Shown piece by piece: positions 36,548-45,993 of a stretch of DNA of 64,000 nt; positions within the stretch are counted from its first letter, which is position 1, and the number at the start of each line of letters is the position of its first letter. The stretch is from an uncultured Eubacteriales bacterium (GTDB taxonomy: Bacteria; Bacillota; Clostridia; Oscillospirales; CAG-382). A program made the translations under genes and the position numbers. The DNA lies in the NCBI GenBank assembly GCA_934502885.1, contig CAKSUT010000004.1, forward strand, positions 39,232 through 103,231, read 5' to 3'. Below the pieces are notes generated by a model. It did not search any database and was not told the DNA's origin. It was given only the letters and a program-made list of their open reading frames with translations.

Positions 36548-37576
36548 ATGAACATGAAATTTATCTGTAAGCTTCCCATACCGCAGGACGTAAAGGCAAT
36601 GTATCCGCTTTCCGAAAAAGCGGCGGCGATAAAGGCGGCGAACGATGAGGAAATAATCAAAGTGTTTACCGGCGAGAGCGACAAACTCGTCCTTGTTATC
36701 GGACCTTGCTCCGCAGACAGAGAGGACGCCGTGCTTGAATATATTCTGAAACTCCGTAAGGTGCAGGAACAGGTCGCCGATAAGATAGTTATCGTTCCGA
36801 GAATATACACGAATAAGCCACGCACCACCGGCGACGGCTACAAGGGAATGCTTCATCAGCCCGACCCCAACGAAAAGCCCGATATGCTTAAAGGCATTGT
36901 CGCAATACGTGAGATACATATGCGCGCCATAGAGCAGACCGGATTCTCTTGTGCGGATGAAATGCTTTACCCCGAGAATCACCGCTACCTCAACGATGTG
37001 CTTTCGTATGTTGCAGTCGGCGCACGCTCAACCGAGAACCAACAGCACCGCCTCACCGCAAGCGGACTTACCGTTCCCGTCGGCATGAAAAACCCCACAG
37101 GCGGCGATATTTCTGTTATGATGAACTCGATTGTGGCAGGTCAGCACGCCCACACGTTCATATACAGAGGCTGGGAGGTTGAAAGCACCGGAAATCCCCT
37201 CACTCACGCAATTCTCCGCGGATATGTCGATCAGTACGGCAGATCTCTCCCCAACTACCACTACGAGGATCTCGCACAGCTCTGCGAGCAGTACGCAAAG
37301 CGCGACCTTAAGAATCCTGCGGTCATAATCGACGCCAACCACGCTAATTCCGGAAAACGCTTTGAAGAACAGCCGAGAATAGTCAAGGACGTACTCCACA
37401 GCTGCCGCCACAATTCCGATATCAAGAAGATAGTCAAGGGATTTATGGTAGAGAGCTATCTTGAAGACGGCAATCAGCCCGTCGGCGGAGGTGTCTACGG
37501 AAAGTCAATAACCGACCCGTGCCTCGGCTGGGCAAAAACCGAGAAGCTCATTTTCGGTCTTGCGGAACTCGTTTGA
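36548..37576 (+). CDS. 3-deoxy-7-phosphoheptulonate (DAHP) synthase, class I AroF/G/H-like
   Basis: VIGPCSADRED, KPRTT.G.KG and IIDANHANS motifs. 342 aa. RBS GAGGAGAA. Confidence 0.9.
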   Translation: MNMKFICKLPIPQDVKAMYPLSEKAAAIKAANDEEIIKVFTGESDKLVLVIGPCSADREDAVLEYILKLRKVQEQVADKIVIVPRIYTNKPRTTGDGYKGMLHQPDPNEKPDMLKGIVAIREIHMRAIEQTGFSCADEMLYPENHRYLNDVLSYVAVGARSTENQQHRLTASGLTVPVGMKNPTGGDISVMMNSIVAGQHAHTFIYRGWEVESTGNPLTHAILRGYVDQYGRSLPNYHYEDLAQLCEQYAKRDLKNPAVIIDANHANSGKRFEEQPRIVKDVLHSCRHNSDIKKIVKGFMVESYLEDGNQPVGGGVYGKSITDPCLGWAKTEKLIFGLAELV

Positions 37577-37588
37577 CAGGAGTAAGAG

Positions 37589-38392
37589 ATGAATACCGAA
37601 ATAAAGATAGTTTTCAGCGACGTTGACGGAACGCTCCTTAACTCGGAACATCGCATCACTCCCTGTACACTCGGTGCGGTAAAGAAGCTCGGCGAAAATG
37701 GCATCCCATTTGTCGTAGTGTCGGCGAGAAGTCCGTCGGGAATATACACTATAACGAAAGAATGCGGACTTTATTGTCCCATGGTCGCGTACAGCGGCGC
37801 GCTCATCCTTTCGGAAAAAGGCGAGGTTCTGTATCACGGCGGCATGAAAAAGAGCGAGGCGCAAAGCGTGCTTGACTATATCGCCGGGAAAGGCTTTGAC
37901 CTCACTCCGTGTATCTATTCATACGATGAATGGATTGTACCGGACAAGAGCGACCCGAGAGTTATCCGAGAGGAAAGTATCGTAAAGGCGAGCGCAAGAG
38001 AGGGGGGAGTGTCGGACTTCACCGAGGACGAGGTGAGTAAGATTCTCTGTATATGCGATCTTGCCCAAACGCCGGATATTGAGAGGGGACTCAAAGAGAA
38101 TTTTCCCGCGCTTTCGGTTGTTAGATCCTGCGCAAACCAGATTGAGGTTATGCGCCGCGGCACAAACAAAGCCGGCGCCGTAAAGGTGCTTTGTGAAAAG
38201 TACGGCATCTCGCTTTCGGAAGCCGCCGCCTTCGGCGACAGCTATAACGACGCCGAAATGCTTGAAACCGTAAAGTACGGCGTCCTCATGGGGAATGCGC
38301 CGGAGGATCTCAAAGAGCGCATACCGTGTCATACAGAAGATAACGACGGCGACGGAATAGCCGTATATCTTCGTGAACACGGCGTAATATGA
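37589..38392 (+). CDS. Cof-type HAD-IIB phosphatase
   Basis: FSDVDGTLL, SARSP and AFGDSYNDAEML motifs. Confidence 0.85.
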   Translation: MNTEIKIVFSDVDGTLLNSEHRITPCTLGAVKKLGENGIPFVVVSARSPSGIYTITKECGLYCPMVAYSGALILSEKGEVLYHGGMKKSEAQSVLDYIAGKGFDLTPCIYSYDEWIVPDKSDPRVIREESIVKASAREGGVSDFTEDEVSKILCICDLAQTPDIERGLKENFPALSVVRSCANQIEVMRRGTNKAGAVKVLCEKYGISLSEAAAFGDSYNDAEMLETVKYGVLMGNAPEDLKERIPCHTEDNDGDGIAVYLREHGVI

Positions 38393-38406
38393 CAATAAAT
38401 GCACAT

Positions 38407-38446
38407 AAAAAAATACGGTTGCTTCAAAGCTGAGCAACCGTATTTC
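38407..38446. terminator. Bidirectional terminator (end of aro/Cof transcription unit and of lactonase gene)
   Basis: AAATACGGTTGC-N11-GCAACCGTATTT, flanked by A and T runs. Confidence 0.7.
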
Positions 38447-38475
38447 TCGTATGCACTTTTTTCGCTGTTATAGTA

Positions 38476-39480
38476 TCAGCCGAAAATTACGCACAGCGCA
38501 CCTTCGGCATCTATTTTCGTGTCAAGAAGCGTAAGCTTCGGACCTTCACAGCGGAATACCGTAACGTCGTTTGTCTCCTCGTTGGTCGAGAAAAGATATC
38601 CGTCTTTTATGTCGAAGTCGCGCGGACGCTTGCCGCCGCAGGGCGTGTAGGAGCGAATCTCGAGCGTATCGGAGTCGGTTATCTCAAAACAGGTTATTGA
38701 GTCGTGACCGCGATTGGAGACATAAAGATACTTGCCGTCGTCGGAAATTCTTATTGCGGCGGCGGTGCTCACTCCGTCGTAATCCGGGGGAAGAGCAGGG
38801 TATGTTCCGAGAGGTACGAGAGTGCCGTCGGAATAGATGAACACAGTGACCGTTGATGCAAGCTCATTCACACAGTACATACGTGTACCCTCGTGATTGA
38901 AGACAACGTGCCTGCATCCGTGACCGTCGGGAACCTTCGCTGTCGAATGTACGCCAAGGTCGAAATCGTATATGTAAACAGTGTCAAGACCGAGGTCGGT
39001 CGAAACGAGGTACTTTCCATCTGGCGTCACATTGATGTAGTGTGTGTGCGCCGCCTCCTGACGAGTCGGATGAGGACCGTGACCCGTGTGTACATCGAGT
39101 TTGTCGCAGACGCCGTTTCTTATGCGCGAAACGCTTCCGGAAAGGTAGTTTACACAGTATACGTCCGAATCGTGTACGCAGAGGTGGCAGGCGACAATGC
39201 CCTTTGTCGAAACCGGCGCACCGAAATTCGAGAGAGTGCCGTCAGGTGCAATGTTGCACTCAAGAATGCCGCTGTTTTCTCCGTCGGTCTTTCTTAATTC
39301 AATGTACATTTTATCTCCGCTTTTTGCGAGAAACATTGGGCTATCAAATGGGTAAAACTCACGCACAGAGAGCTTTTCGTTTTCAAAGTCGCAGAGATAT
39401 ACTCCGCCGTCCGGTGCACACGCCGCTACGTATATATTTTTCATGTCAGCAGTATCCGTCCTTTCGTTTGTTACTGCCAT
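38476..39480 (-). CDS. 7-bladed beta-propeller lactonase (6-phosphogluconolactonase YbhE/Pgl-like)
   Basis: Family blocks AHTHYINVTPDGKYLVSTDLGLD.VYIY, GCRHVVFNHEG..MYCVNEL, KYLYVSNRGHDSI and RPRDF. Confidence 0.8.
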   Translation of the reverse strand: MAVTNERTDTADMKNIYVAACAPDGGVYLCDFENEKLSVREFYPFDSPMFLAKSGDKMYIELRKTDGENSGILECNIAPDGTLSNFGAPVSTKGIVACHLCVHDSDVYCVNYLSGSVSRIRNGVCDKLDVHTGHGPHPTRQEAAHTHYINVTPDGKYLVSTDLGLDTVYIYDFDLGVHSTAKVPDGHGCRHVVFNHEGTRMYCVNELASTVTVFIYSDGTLVPLGTYPALPPDYDGVSTAAAIRISDDGKYLYVSNRGHDSITCFEITDSDTLEIRSYTPCGGKRPRDFDIKDGYLFSTNEETNDVTVFRCEGPKLTLLDTKIDAEGALCVIFG

Positions 39481-39641
39481 TTTACTCCGCTATTGTTTCC
39501 TTGATGTTAATAAACTGTCATTTTTCTTTGTTCAGACGGCATCGCCTGCGGTAGCATTGAACGCCTGCTGTGCATTTTTCACAAAAAATGCGGGGATATC
39601 TGTGCAAGTATACAAAAAGTTCGTTAAGAAAATATTTTTTA

Positions 39642-39670
39642 TTGACAATCATGGTGCGGTGTAGTATAAT
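39642..39670 (+). promoter_or_regulatory. Sigma-A-type promoter of the SLH/beta-helix gene pair
   Basis: TTGACA-N17-TATAAT, with a ~100-nt leader. Confidence 0.55.
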
Positions 39671-39779
39671 TACCGTGTGAAAACGGTATTCACAAAAGTT
39701 TGCGAGTATCATAAAAAACGATACCGTCACCGACCTTTTGCCCGTTTGCGAAAGGTAAGAATCGAAAGGAGAGAAAAAC

Positions 39780-42700
39780 ATGAAAAAAACTCTATCCCGC
39801 ACCCTGTCCGCAATTCTCGCGGTGCTTATGATTGCAGCTTGCTTTGCATTCACGGCATCCGCGGCAGACCCGGAGGTTTTGCTCGGCAAACAGATTGTCA
39901 ACACAAATTACAGACTGACAACCGCCGAAACCACTGAAGACGGAGTATCCTGCCTGAAAATACTCCCGACCGACGAAACCGCGATCCCGAAGCTCGACAG
40001 ATACGGTCTGAAAATCGATGCTACGGTGTATAAGTACGCCAAGGTCATCTACAAGACCAACAGTGCATTCCCCATGGTTTTCCAGGTTCTCGGCGAATCA
40101 AAGGGTAAATACACTCTTCCCGTTACCGTTACCGGCGAGTGGACGGGCGTTGTGTTTGAGCTTAAGACTGCTGAGGAGGGTCAGAAGATAATTCAGTACC
40201 ACTTCTCTTGCTTCGGCGAGTACGGCGCGGTTGCTCTTAAGGAGCTTGACGCCGAAATGTTCATACACTCCGTTTCCTTCTTTGAAACGAAAGAGGAGGC
40301 AGAGGCATACGAAAGCGGCATCGCAAAGACCTGCTCTTATGTTCCCGTAAGCGGCGGAAATACTCCGGCACCGAAACCCGACGTTTCGGTTGATCTCGGT
40401 GACGGCAACCGCGAGGACACTCCCGGCGAAACCGAAGCTCCCACAGGCGAGCCGATAATCATCGCAGGCGGAGATCTTGCGAACACCAAGAACTATTTCG
40501 ACCCCGAAAAGAACATAAAGTATCCTCCGGACGCTACAAGCGACGGAAGCATAAAGCTTGAGTTTGCAAAGGAAACAACCGTCGGCAAACTCCAGTTCAA
40601 CTTCAAACAGCAGACCGGATACCTCCTTAACAAAGAGATATACAAGTATGTAAAGGTCGGCTATACTTACCACCTTACAAATCCCGACGGCAACTACAAG
40701 ATGATGCTCAGAGAAGGCTTCAACGGCTCTTCAACGAACCACAACCTCTTTGATCTTCCCAAGGGAAAGAACGACACCCTCATCGAGCAGACCGCAGAAA
40801 TCACATGGGGCGTAAGTACAGAAGAGCATTCTTACACACTTCACCCCGTAAGAGAAGGCGATAAGGTTGCGGTAGGCGACTACTTCAACATTTACTATAT
40901 CGGCTTCTTCAAGTCGAAGGAGGACGCGGACGCATACTCTCTCGGCGGCGAGAGCGGAGACGGCGACGCGGAAATTGCGGAGCCTGTAGCTCACAAGGCT
41001 TACATGACCGGCTACAACGACGGCACCTTCAAGCCCAACAAGACAATGACGCGTGCCGAGGCTTGCACGATAATCACACGTCTCATGACGGACGAAAACA
41101 CCATAGGCGAGCTTACAACCGCATTCACCGACGTAAAGAACACCGAATGGTTCTTCAAGTACGTTGCATACTGCGAATCCAAGGGATACCTCAAGTCCTA
41201 CAGCGGCACGTTTGAGCCGACAAAGGAAATAACAAGAGCGGAGTTTGCAGAGCTTGTATACAACACAGGTCTTGCAAAGGCAACAGAAACTAAGGTTACA
41301 TTCACCGACGTCTCCGAGAGCCACCCGAGATATGAGTCCATCATGGCGGCAGCCTCCGCAGGACTTATCACAGGCTACGAGGACGGTACGTTCCTTCCCG
41401 ACAGAACTATCACACGTGCGCAGGTGGTTGTCGTAATCAACCGCGCACTCGGAAGAGTACTCAAGTCCATGTCCGTTCCCGAAGGCAAACTTCCCGTTTC
41501 CTTTACCGACGTCGCAAACGATTTCTGGGCATACAGAGAAATTGCAGAGGCTTGCAATGACCATGAAGTTGTAACAGGCGTTGCGGCAAACGGTCTCGGC
41601 TACGAGGTATGGAAGTCCGAGGTAAAGAAGGGCGACGCAACCACAGCCAAGATCGCCGAAATCGATAAGCTTGCCGAGGAAAGAAAGAACGCCATTCTCA
41701 ACTCCAAGACCGAGGTCGAGGTAACAGGTACAAAGTACTACATCGCAGCCGACGGCGACGACAAGAACGACGGTAAATCCCCTGAGAAGCCCTGGAAGAC
41801 GATAAACCGCATGGCGGCGTCTATACTCGTAAAGGGCGACGGTGTTTTCTTCAGGAGGGGAGACACCTTCAGAGGAAGATTCACCGCTGCAAACGGCGTA
41901 ACCTATTCCGCATACGGCGAGGGCGACAAGCCGAAGATCCTCGGTTCGGTTGAAAACTCGGCAGATAAGGAAAAGTGGACGCTCACCGATAAGGAGAATG
42001 TCTGGGTTTATTCCGATAAGATTGCCGATGACGTCGGACTCATCGTGTTCAACGACGGCGAAGAGCATTCCACAAAGTATTTCACAATGAACCTCGAAGA
42101 GCGCACAATTGATAAGCTCACAAAGAACTTCATGTTCCTCCACGGCAATGACCTTTTCATATACCTCTACTGCGACAAGGGCAATCCCGGCGAGGTTTTT
42201 GATTCTATAGAAATGGCACGATACAGAAACATAGTCGGTCTCAATGGCGCAGACGGTGCCGTTTTCGATAACCTCTGCTTCATGTACACAGGCTCTCACG
42301 GTATCGGCGGCACTGCGTACAACACAACTGTTCAGAACTGTGTATTTGAATGGATAGGCGGTTCTCAGCAGGGCTCTGCCGGCGGCAGATACGGCAACGG
42401 TGTTGAGTATTGGGGCGGTTCGGTAAATGTTGCGGTCAAGAACTGCTACGTTAACCAGGTATACGACGCAGGACTCACGTTCCAGTTCAAGGGTGAGAGC
42501 GATTCTCCCTCAGGCTTCAACGGCGTTGAGTTCAGCGGCAACCTCATTGAGAGATGCGCATACGATATCGAGTACTTCTCGAGAAAGTACAACGCAAACG
42601 ACGACGTTATTGCAAATGTCGTAATCAAGGACAACATTCTCCGCCGTGCGGGCGAAGGCTTCTGCGTTGAAGCTCCCGATGCGCACGGCAGAGACGCGTG

Positions 42701-43007
42701 CATAAAGGGATGGGATACAAAGAACCAGGCGACGAATTTCGTGATTGAAAATAATATTTTCGACAGAGCCACATCTCAGCTTCTTCACATCGGTTCCTAT
42801 GCGTGGGATGCCGAAAAGCGGCAGCTCGGCAAGGCTACTCCCCAGTACCTCCCGATAATGAAAAACAACACCTACATCTGCAACGAGGGCGATTTGGTCG
42901 CAAGGTGGAACGGACGTGCATACCTTGTGGGCGACAACTCTGCCGCAGACCTTGCTTTGGGCGGCTGCGAAAATACCGGTGAGGTTTACATCGCACCCAA
43001 GAGATAA
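39780..43007 (+). CDS. Cell-surface protein: signal peptide, two repeated N-terminal modules, three SLH domains, C-terminal right-handed beta-helix (pectate-lyase-fold) domain
   Basis: Signal peptide ending TASA/AD. SLH repeats at about 41000-41560 (GYNDGTFKPNKTMTRAE, FTDV...GTFEPTKEITRAEF, GYEDGTFLPDRTITRAQ). The beta-helix entry motif is KYYIAADGDDKNDGKSPEKPWKTI. Confidence 0.8.
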   Translation: MKKTLSRTLSAILAVLMIAACFAFTASAADPEVLLGKQIVNTNYRLTTAETTEDGVSCLKILPTDETAIPKLDRYGLKIDATVYKYAKVIYKTNSAFPMVFQVLGESKGKYTLPVTVTGEWTGVVFELKTAEEGQKIIQYHFSCFGEYGAVALKELDAEMFIHSVSFFETKEEAEAYESGIAKTCSYVPVSGGNTPAPKPDVSVDLGDGNREDTPGETEAPTGEPIIIAGGDLANTKNYFDPEKNIKYPPDATSDGSIKLEFAKETTVGKLQFNFKQQTGYLLNKEIYKYVKVGYTYHLTNPDGNYKMMLREGFNGSSTNHNLFDLPKGKNDTLIEQTAEITWGVSTEEHSYTLHPVREGDKVAVGDYFNIYYIGFFKSKEDADAYSLGGESGDGDAEIAEPVAHKAYMTGYNDGTFKPNKTMTRAEACTIITRLMTDENTIGELTTAFTDVKNTEWFFKYVAYCESKGYLKSYSGTFEPTKEITRAEFAELVYNTGLAKATETKVTFTDVSESHPRYESIMAAASAGLITGYEDGTFLPDRTITRAQVVVVINRALGRVLKSMSVPEGKLPVSFTDVANDFWAYREIAEACNDHEVVTGVAANGLGYEVWKSEVKKGDATTAKIAEIDKLAEERKNAILNSKTEVEVTGTKYYIAADGDDKNDGKSPEKPWKTINRMAASILVKGDGVFFRRGDTFRGRFTAANGVTYSAYGEGDKPKILGSVENSADKEKWTLTDKENVWVYSDKIADDVGLIVFNDGEEHSTKYFTMNLEERTIDKLTKNFMFLHGNDLFIYLYCDKGNPGEVFDSIEMARYRNIVGLNGADGAVFDNLCFMYTGSHGIGGTAYNTTVQNCVFEWIGGSQQGSAGGRYGNGVEYWGGSVNVAVKNCYVNQVYDAGLTFQFKGESDSPSGFNGVEFSGNLIERCAYDIEYFSRKYNANDDVIANVVIKDNILRRAGEGFCVEAPDAHGRDACIKGWDTKNQATNFVIENNIFDRATSQLLHIGSYAWDAEKRQLGKATPQYLPIMKNNTYICNEGDLVARWNGRAYLVGDNSAADLALGGCENTGEVYIAPKR
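42672..42718 (+). repeat. 47-nt tract identical to 44094-44140
   Basis: GCTCCCGATGCGCACGGCAGAGACGCGTGCATAAAGGGATGGGATAC occurs in both paralogues, compared base by base. Confidence 0.9.
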
Positions 43008-43025
43008 CGGCAAAGGAGTACATTT

Positions 43026-44426
43026 ATGGGCATTACGGAATGCAGTGTGAAATCCGGTATGGAGACTTCGATTAAGCTCGCCGAGATTGACATGGCAGCT
43101 GCAAAAAGAAAGAGAGATATACTCGGCTCAAAGACCGAGGTTACGGTAACGGGGACGAAGTATTACGTTTCTGCGGACGGCGACGATGCCAATAGCGGCA
43201 AACACCCCGAAACCCCATGGAAAACCATAAAGCGCATGAGTGCCGAAAAGCTTTCCGCGGGAGACGGAGTTTTCTTCAAGAGGGGAGACACCTTCAGAGA
43301 GGAATTTGTGCCGACCGACGGCGTAACCTATTCCGCTTACGGCGACGGGGATAAACCCAAGCTTCTCGGATCGAAGGAGAATTCGGCAGGTGCCGAGAAT
43401 TGGCAAGCGACGAATATCCCGAATGTTTGGGTGTTCATCAAAGAGATACCGGACGATGTGGGGAACATCGTTTTCAACGACGGCAAAGGCTTTGCGACAA
43501 AGTATTTCGTGATGGATCGTAATGAACGAACTCTCGATAAGCTTACGGAGAATCTTATGTTCCTTCACGGAACGGATAACCGTGTTTACCTGCGTTGTGA
43601 CCACGGCAATCCCGGCGAGTTGTTTCATTCGATTGAAATGGCGAGATACAGAAACATTGTTTACCTGAGCGGCGTGAAAAATGCGGTGTTCGACAACCTT
43701 TGTTTTATGTACACCGGCTCTCATGCTCTCGGCGGTCCGGCGCACAACACGCTGATTCAAAACTGTGTGTTTGAATGGATAGGCGGTTCGCAGTTCTGCT
43801 CGGGCGGCAGATACGGAAACGCAGTTGAATTTTGGGCAACTACCGACAATGGCACCGTGAGAAACTGTTACATCAACGAAGTCTATGATGCCGGTCTCAC
43901 CTTTCAGTATAAGGGCGAAAACGCACAAGATATAATTGTTGACGGCATAGAGTTCAGCGGTAACCTTATCGAGAGATGCGCGTATTGCATTGAGTACTTC
44001 TCGAGGCAGTACAACAGCAACGGAGACTATTTGAAGAATATCCTTATAAAGGACAATATTCTCCGTTATGCCGGTGAAGGATTTTGCGTCGGTGCTCCCG
44101 ATGCGCACGGCAGAGACGCGTGCATAAAGGGATGGGATACGAAGAATCAATCCGAGAATTTCGTTATTGAGGATAACGTATTTGACAGAGCCGTTTCTCA
44201 GCTTTTGCACATAGGCTCGTATGCGTGGGATGTTGAGGGACAGAAGTTCGGAGAACCTACTCCCGAGTATATGCCTGTGATGAGAAACAACACCTATATT
44301 TGCAATGATGGCGGAGTCATAGCAAGGTGGAACGGCAAAACGGCTCTTGCCGATGATGACGGCGCACGTGAGCTTGCCGATATCGGCTGTGAAGAAAACG
44401 CAAAAGTATACATAGTGTCCAAATGA
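43026..44426 (+). CDS. Leaderless paralogue of the upstream beta-helix domain
   Basis: Roughly 70% aa identity by eye to residues ~620-1075 of the upstream protein (KYYVSADGDDANSGKHPETPWKTI...). It has no signal peptide or SLH domains. RBS AAAGGAG lies before the ATG. Confidence 0.75.
   Translation: MGITECSVKSGMETSIKLAEIDMAAAKRKRDILGSKTEVTVTGTKYYVSADGDDANSGKHPETPWKTIKRMSAEKLSAGDGVFFKRGDTFREEFVPTDGVTYSAYGDGDKPKLLGSKENSAGAENWQATNIPNVWVFIKEIPDDVGNIVFNDGKGFATKYFVMDRNERTLDKLTENLMFLHGTDNRVYLRCDHGNPGELFHSIEMARYRNIVYLSGVKNAVFDNLCFMYTGSHALGGPAHNTLIQNCVFEWIGGSQFCSGGRYGNAVEFWATTDNGTVRNCYINEVYDAGLTFQYKGENAQDIIVDGIEFSGNLIERCAYCIEYFSRQYNSNGDYLKNILIKDNILRYAGEGFCVGAPDAHGRDACIKGWDTKNQSENFVIEDNVFDRAVSQLLHIGSYAWDVEGQKFGEPTPEYMPVMRNNTYICNDGGVIARWNGKTALADDDGARELADIGCEENAKVYIVSK
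44094..44140 (+). repeat. 47-nt tract identical to 42672-42718
   Basis: Same 47-mer as in the upstream paralogue. Confidence 0.9.
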
Positions 44427-44448
44427 TAAAACCTGCATAAATTTGCAA

Positions 44449-44482
44449 GGCGGTGTTCTGCGGAGCACCGCCTCGGCTTTTT
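44449..44482 (+). terminator. Rho-independent terminator
   Basis: GGCGGTG-N10-CACCGCC followed by TCGGCTTTTT. Confidence 0.7.
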
Positions 44483-44605
44483 GCAAAATGTGAACAACGT
44501 TAAAAGTACGTTCATCAAATAGCATTTAATTTAATTTTTCTCCGATTATTATACCTTGTTTTGTTAAAATAGCTCCCGAAAGATTTCAATTTCCGAAAAA
44601 AAGGG

Positions 44606-44634
44606 TTGACTTTTTAAATAAAAACAGCTATAAT
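44606..44634 (+). promoter_or_regulatory. Sigma-A-type promoter of secDF
   Basis: TTGACT-N17-TATAAT. Confidence 0.55.
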
Positions 44635-44684
44635 AATACAGATGTCATTCGACTGAAAAAGTAAAAGAAAGGAAGAAAAACAAA

Positions 44685-45980
44685 ATGAACAGAAGTATCA
44701 GCATTATACTTGTGATTCTCATGGCTGCCGCTCTTATCGGTTCGGTTGCGCTCTGCGGTTTTGCTCCGCTCGGAATTACGGGTATGTTGGAGGACGACGG
44801 CGTCCGCAAGGGTCTTGACCTCGTGGGAGGCTCTTACATCGTGTATGAGGCGGATGTTGATGAAAATATGTCCGCCAAAGATATAGACAAGAACATGGAC
44901 GTTGTTGTAACGATGCTCACAAGCCGTCTCGACGCACTCGGATATACCGAGGGAACGGTTTCCAGGTACGGCGACAAGAGAGTAAAGGTAGAAATCCCCC
45001 AGATCACCGACCCCGAAGAAGCAGTACAGAAGCTTGGCTCCACAGCAGAGCTTACTTTCGTTGACTCCAACGGCGACGTTGTAATAAACGGTACGGACGT
45101 TGCGGACGCATATGCATCTCTCGGCGACCCCACAGGCACCGGCGTTGAACAGTACTTTGTATCTCTCGTACTTACCTCCGAAGGTGCAACAAAGTTTGCA
45201 GAAGGCACGGAGAGAGCCTCCAAGATGGCGAGCGGTTCAAACTGGATTGAGATTCAGCTCGACGGCAAGCAGCAGTCGAGAGCATCGGTTTCGTCGAGAA
45301 TAGACGGCGGAAACGCGGTTATCACCGGAAAATTTACCGCAGAAGATGCAAAGTGGCTTGCAGACATCATCGCCGCAGGTAAGCTCCCCTTCAAGCTCAC
45401 CGACGCCGAAACAAGATACATCGGACCGACCCTCGGCGACAAGGCTCTCGAATCGAGCGTTATGGCGGGTATAATCGGTCTTATCCTCGTCGTTATCTTC
45501 ATGATTTGCGTATACAGAATCCCCGGTATTGTTTCTGTTGTATCGCTCTTCTTCTATACGGCACTTGTCTGCGCAATTATCGTAATCTGGAAGGTCAACC
45601 TTTCTCTTCCGGGTATCGCCGGTATCATACTTACAATCGGTATGGCGGTTGACTCCAACGTCGTTATTTACGAAAGAATACGAGAGGAAATTGAGCTCGG
45701 CAAGTCCATAAGAGCGGCAGTTAAGGCAGGCTTTGACAGAGCGTTTACCGCTGTCTTAGATTCCAACATAACGACGATTATCGCCGCTGTTGTGCTTATA
45801 AGGTTCGGCACAGGCTCGGTTAAGGGCTTCGGCATAACGCTTCTCATAGGCGTTGTTGTGGCGCTCTTCACAGCTGTTGCGGTTACAAAGGTACTTCTCA
45901 ATGCGTTTGATGCGTTCGGAATCAAGAACACATGGCTCTACGGCGCAAAGAAGAGAAAGACCGAAAACGAAAATGCATAA
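44685..45980 (+). CDS. secD: Protein translocase subunit SecD
   Basis: N-terminal TM helix, periplasmic-type P1 domain (GLDLVGG) and a C-terminal 5-TM bundle (LPGIAGIILTIGMAVDSNVVIYERIREE). Confidence 0.9.
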   Translation: MNRSISIILVILMAAALIGSVALCGFAPLGITGMLEDDGVRKGLDLVGGSYIVYEADVDENMSAKDIDKNMDVVVTMLTSRLDALGYTEGTVSRYGDKRVKVEIPQITDPEEAVQKLGSTAELTFVDSNGDVVINGTDVADAYASLGDPTGTGVEQYFVSLVLTSEGATKFAEGTERASKMASGSNWIEIQLDGKQQSRASVSSRIDGGNAVITGKFTAEDAKWLADIIAAGKLPFKLTDAETRYIGPTLGDKALESSVMAGIIGLILVVIFMICVYRIPGIVSVVSLFFYTALVCAIIVIWKVNLSLPGIAGIILTIGMAVDSNVVIYERIREEIELGKSIRAAVKAGFDRAFTAVLDSNITTIIAAVVLIRFGTGSVKGFGITLLIGVVVALFTAVAVTKVLLNAFDAFGIKNTWLYGAKKRKTENENA

Positions 45981-45993
45981 GGAGGACGGAAAA

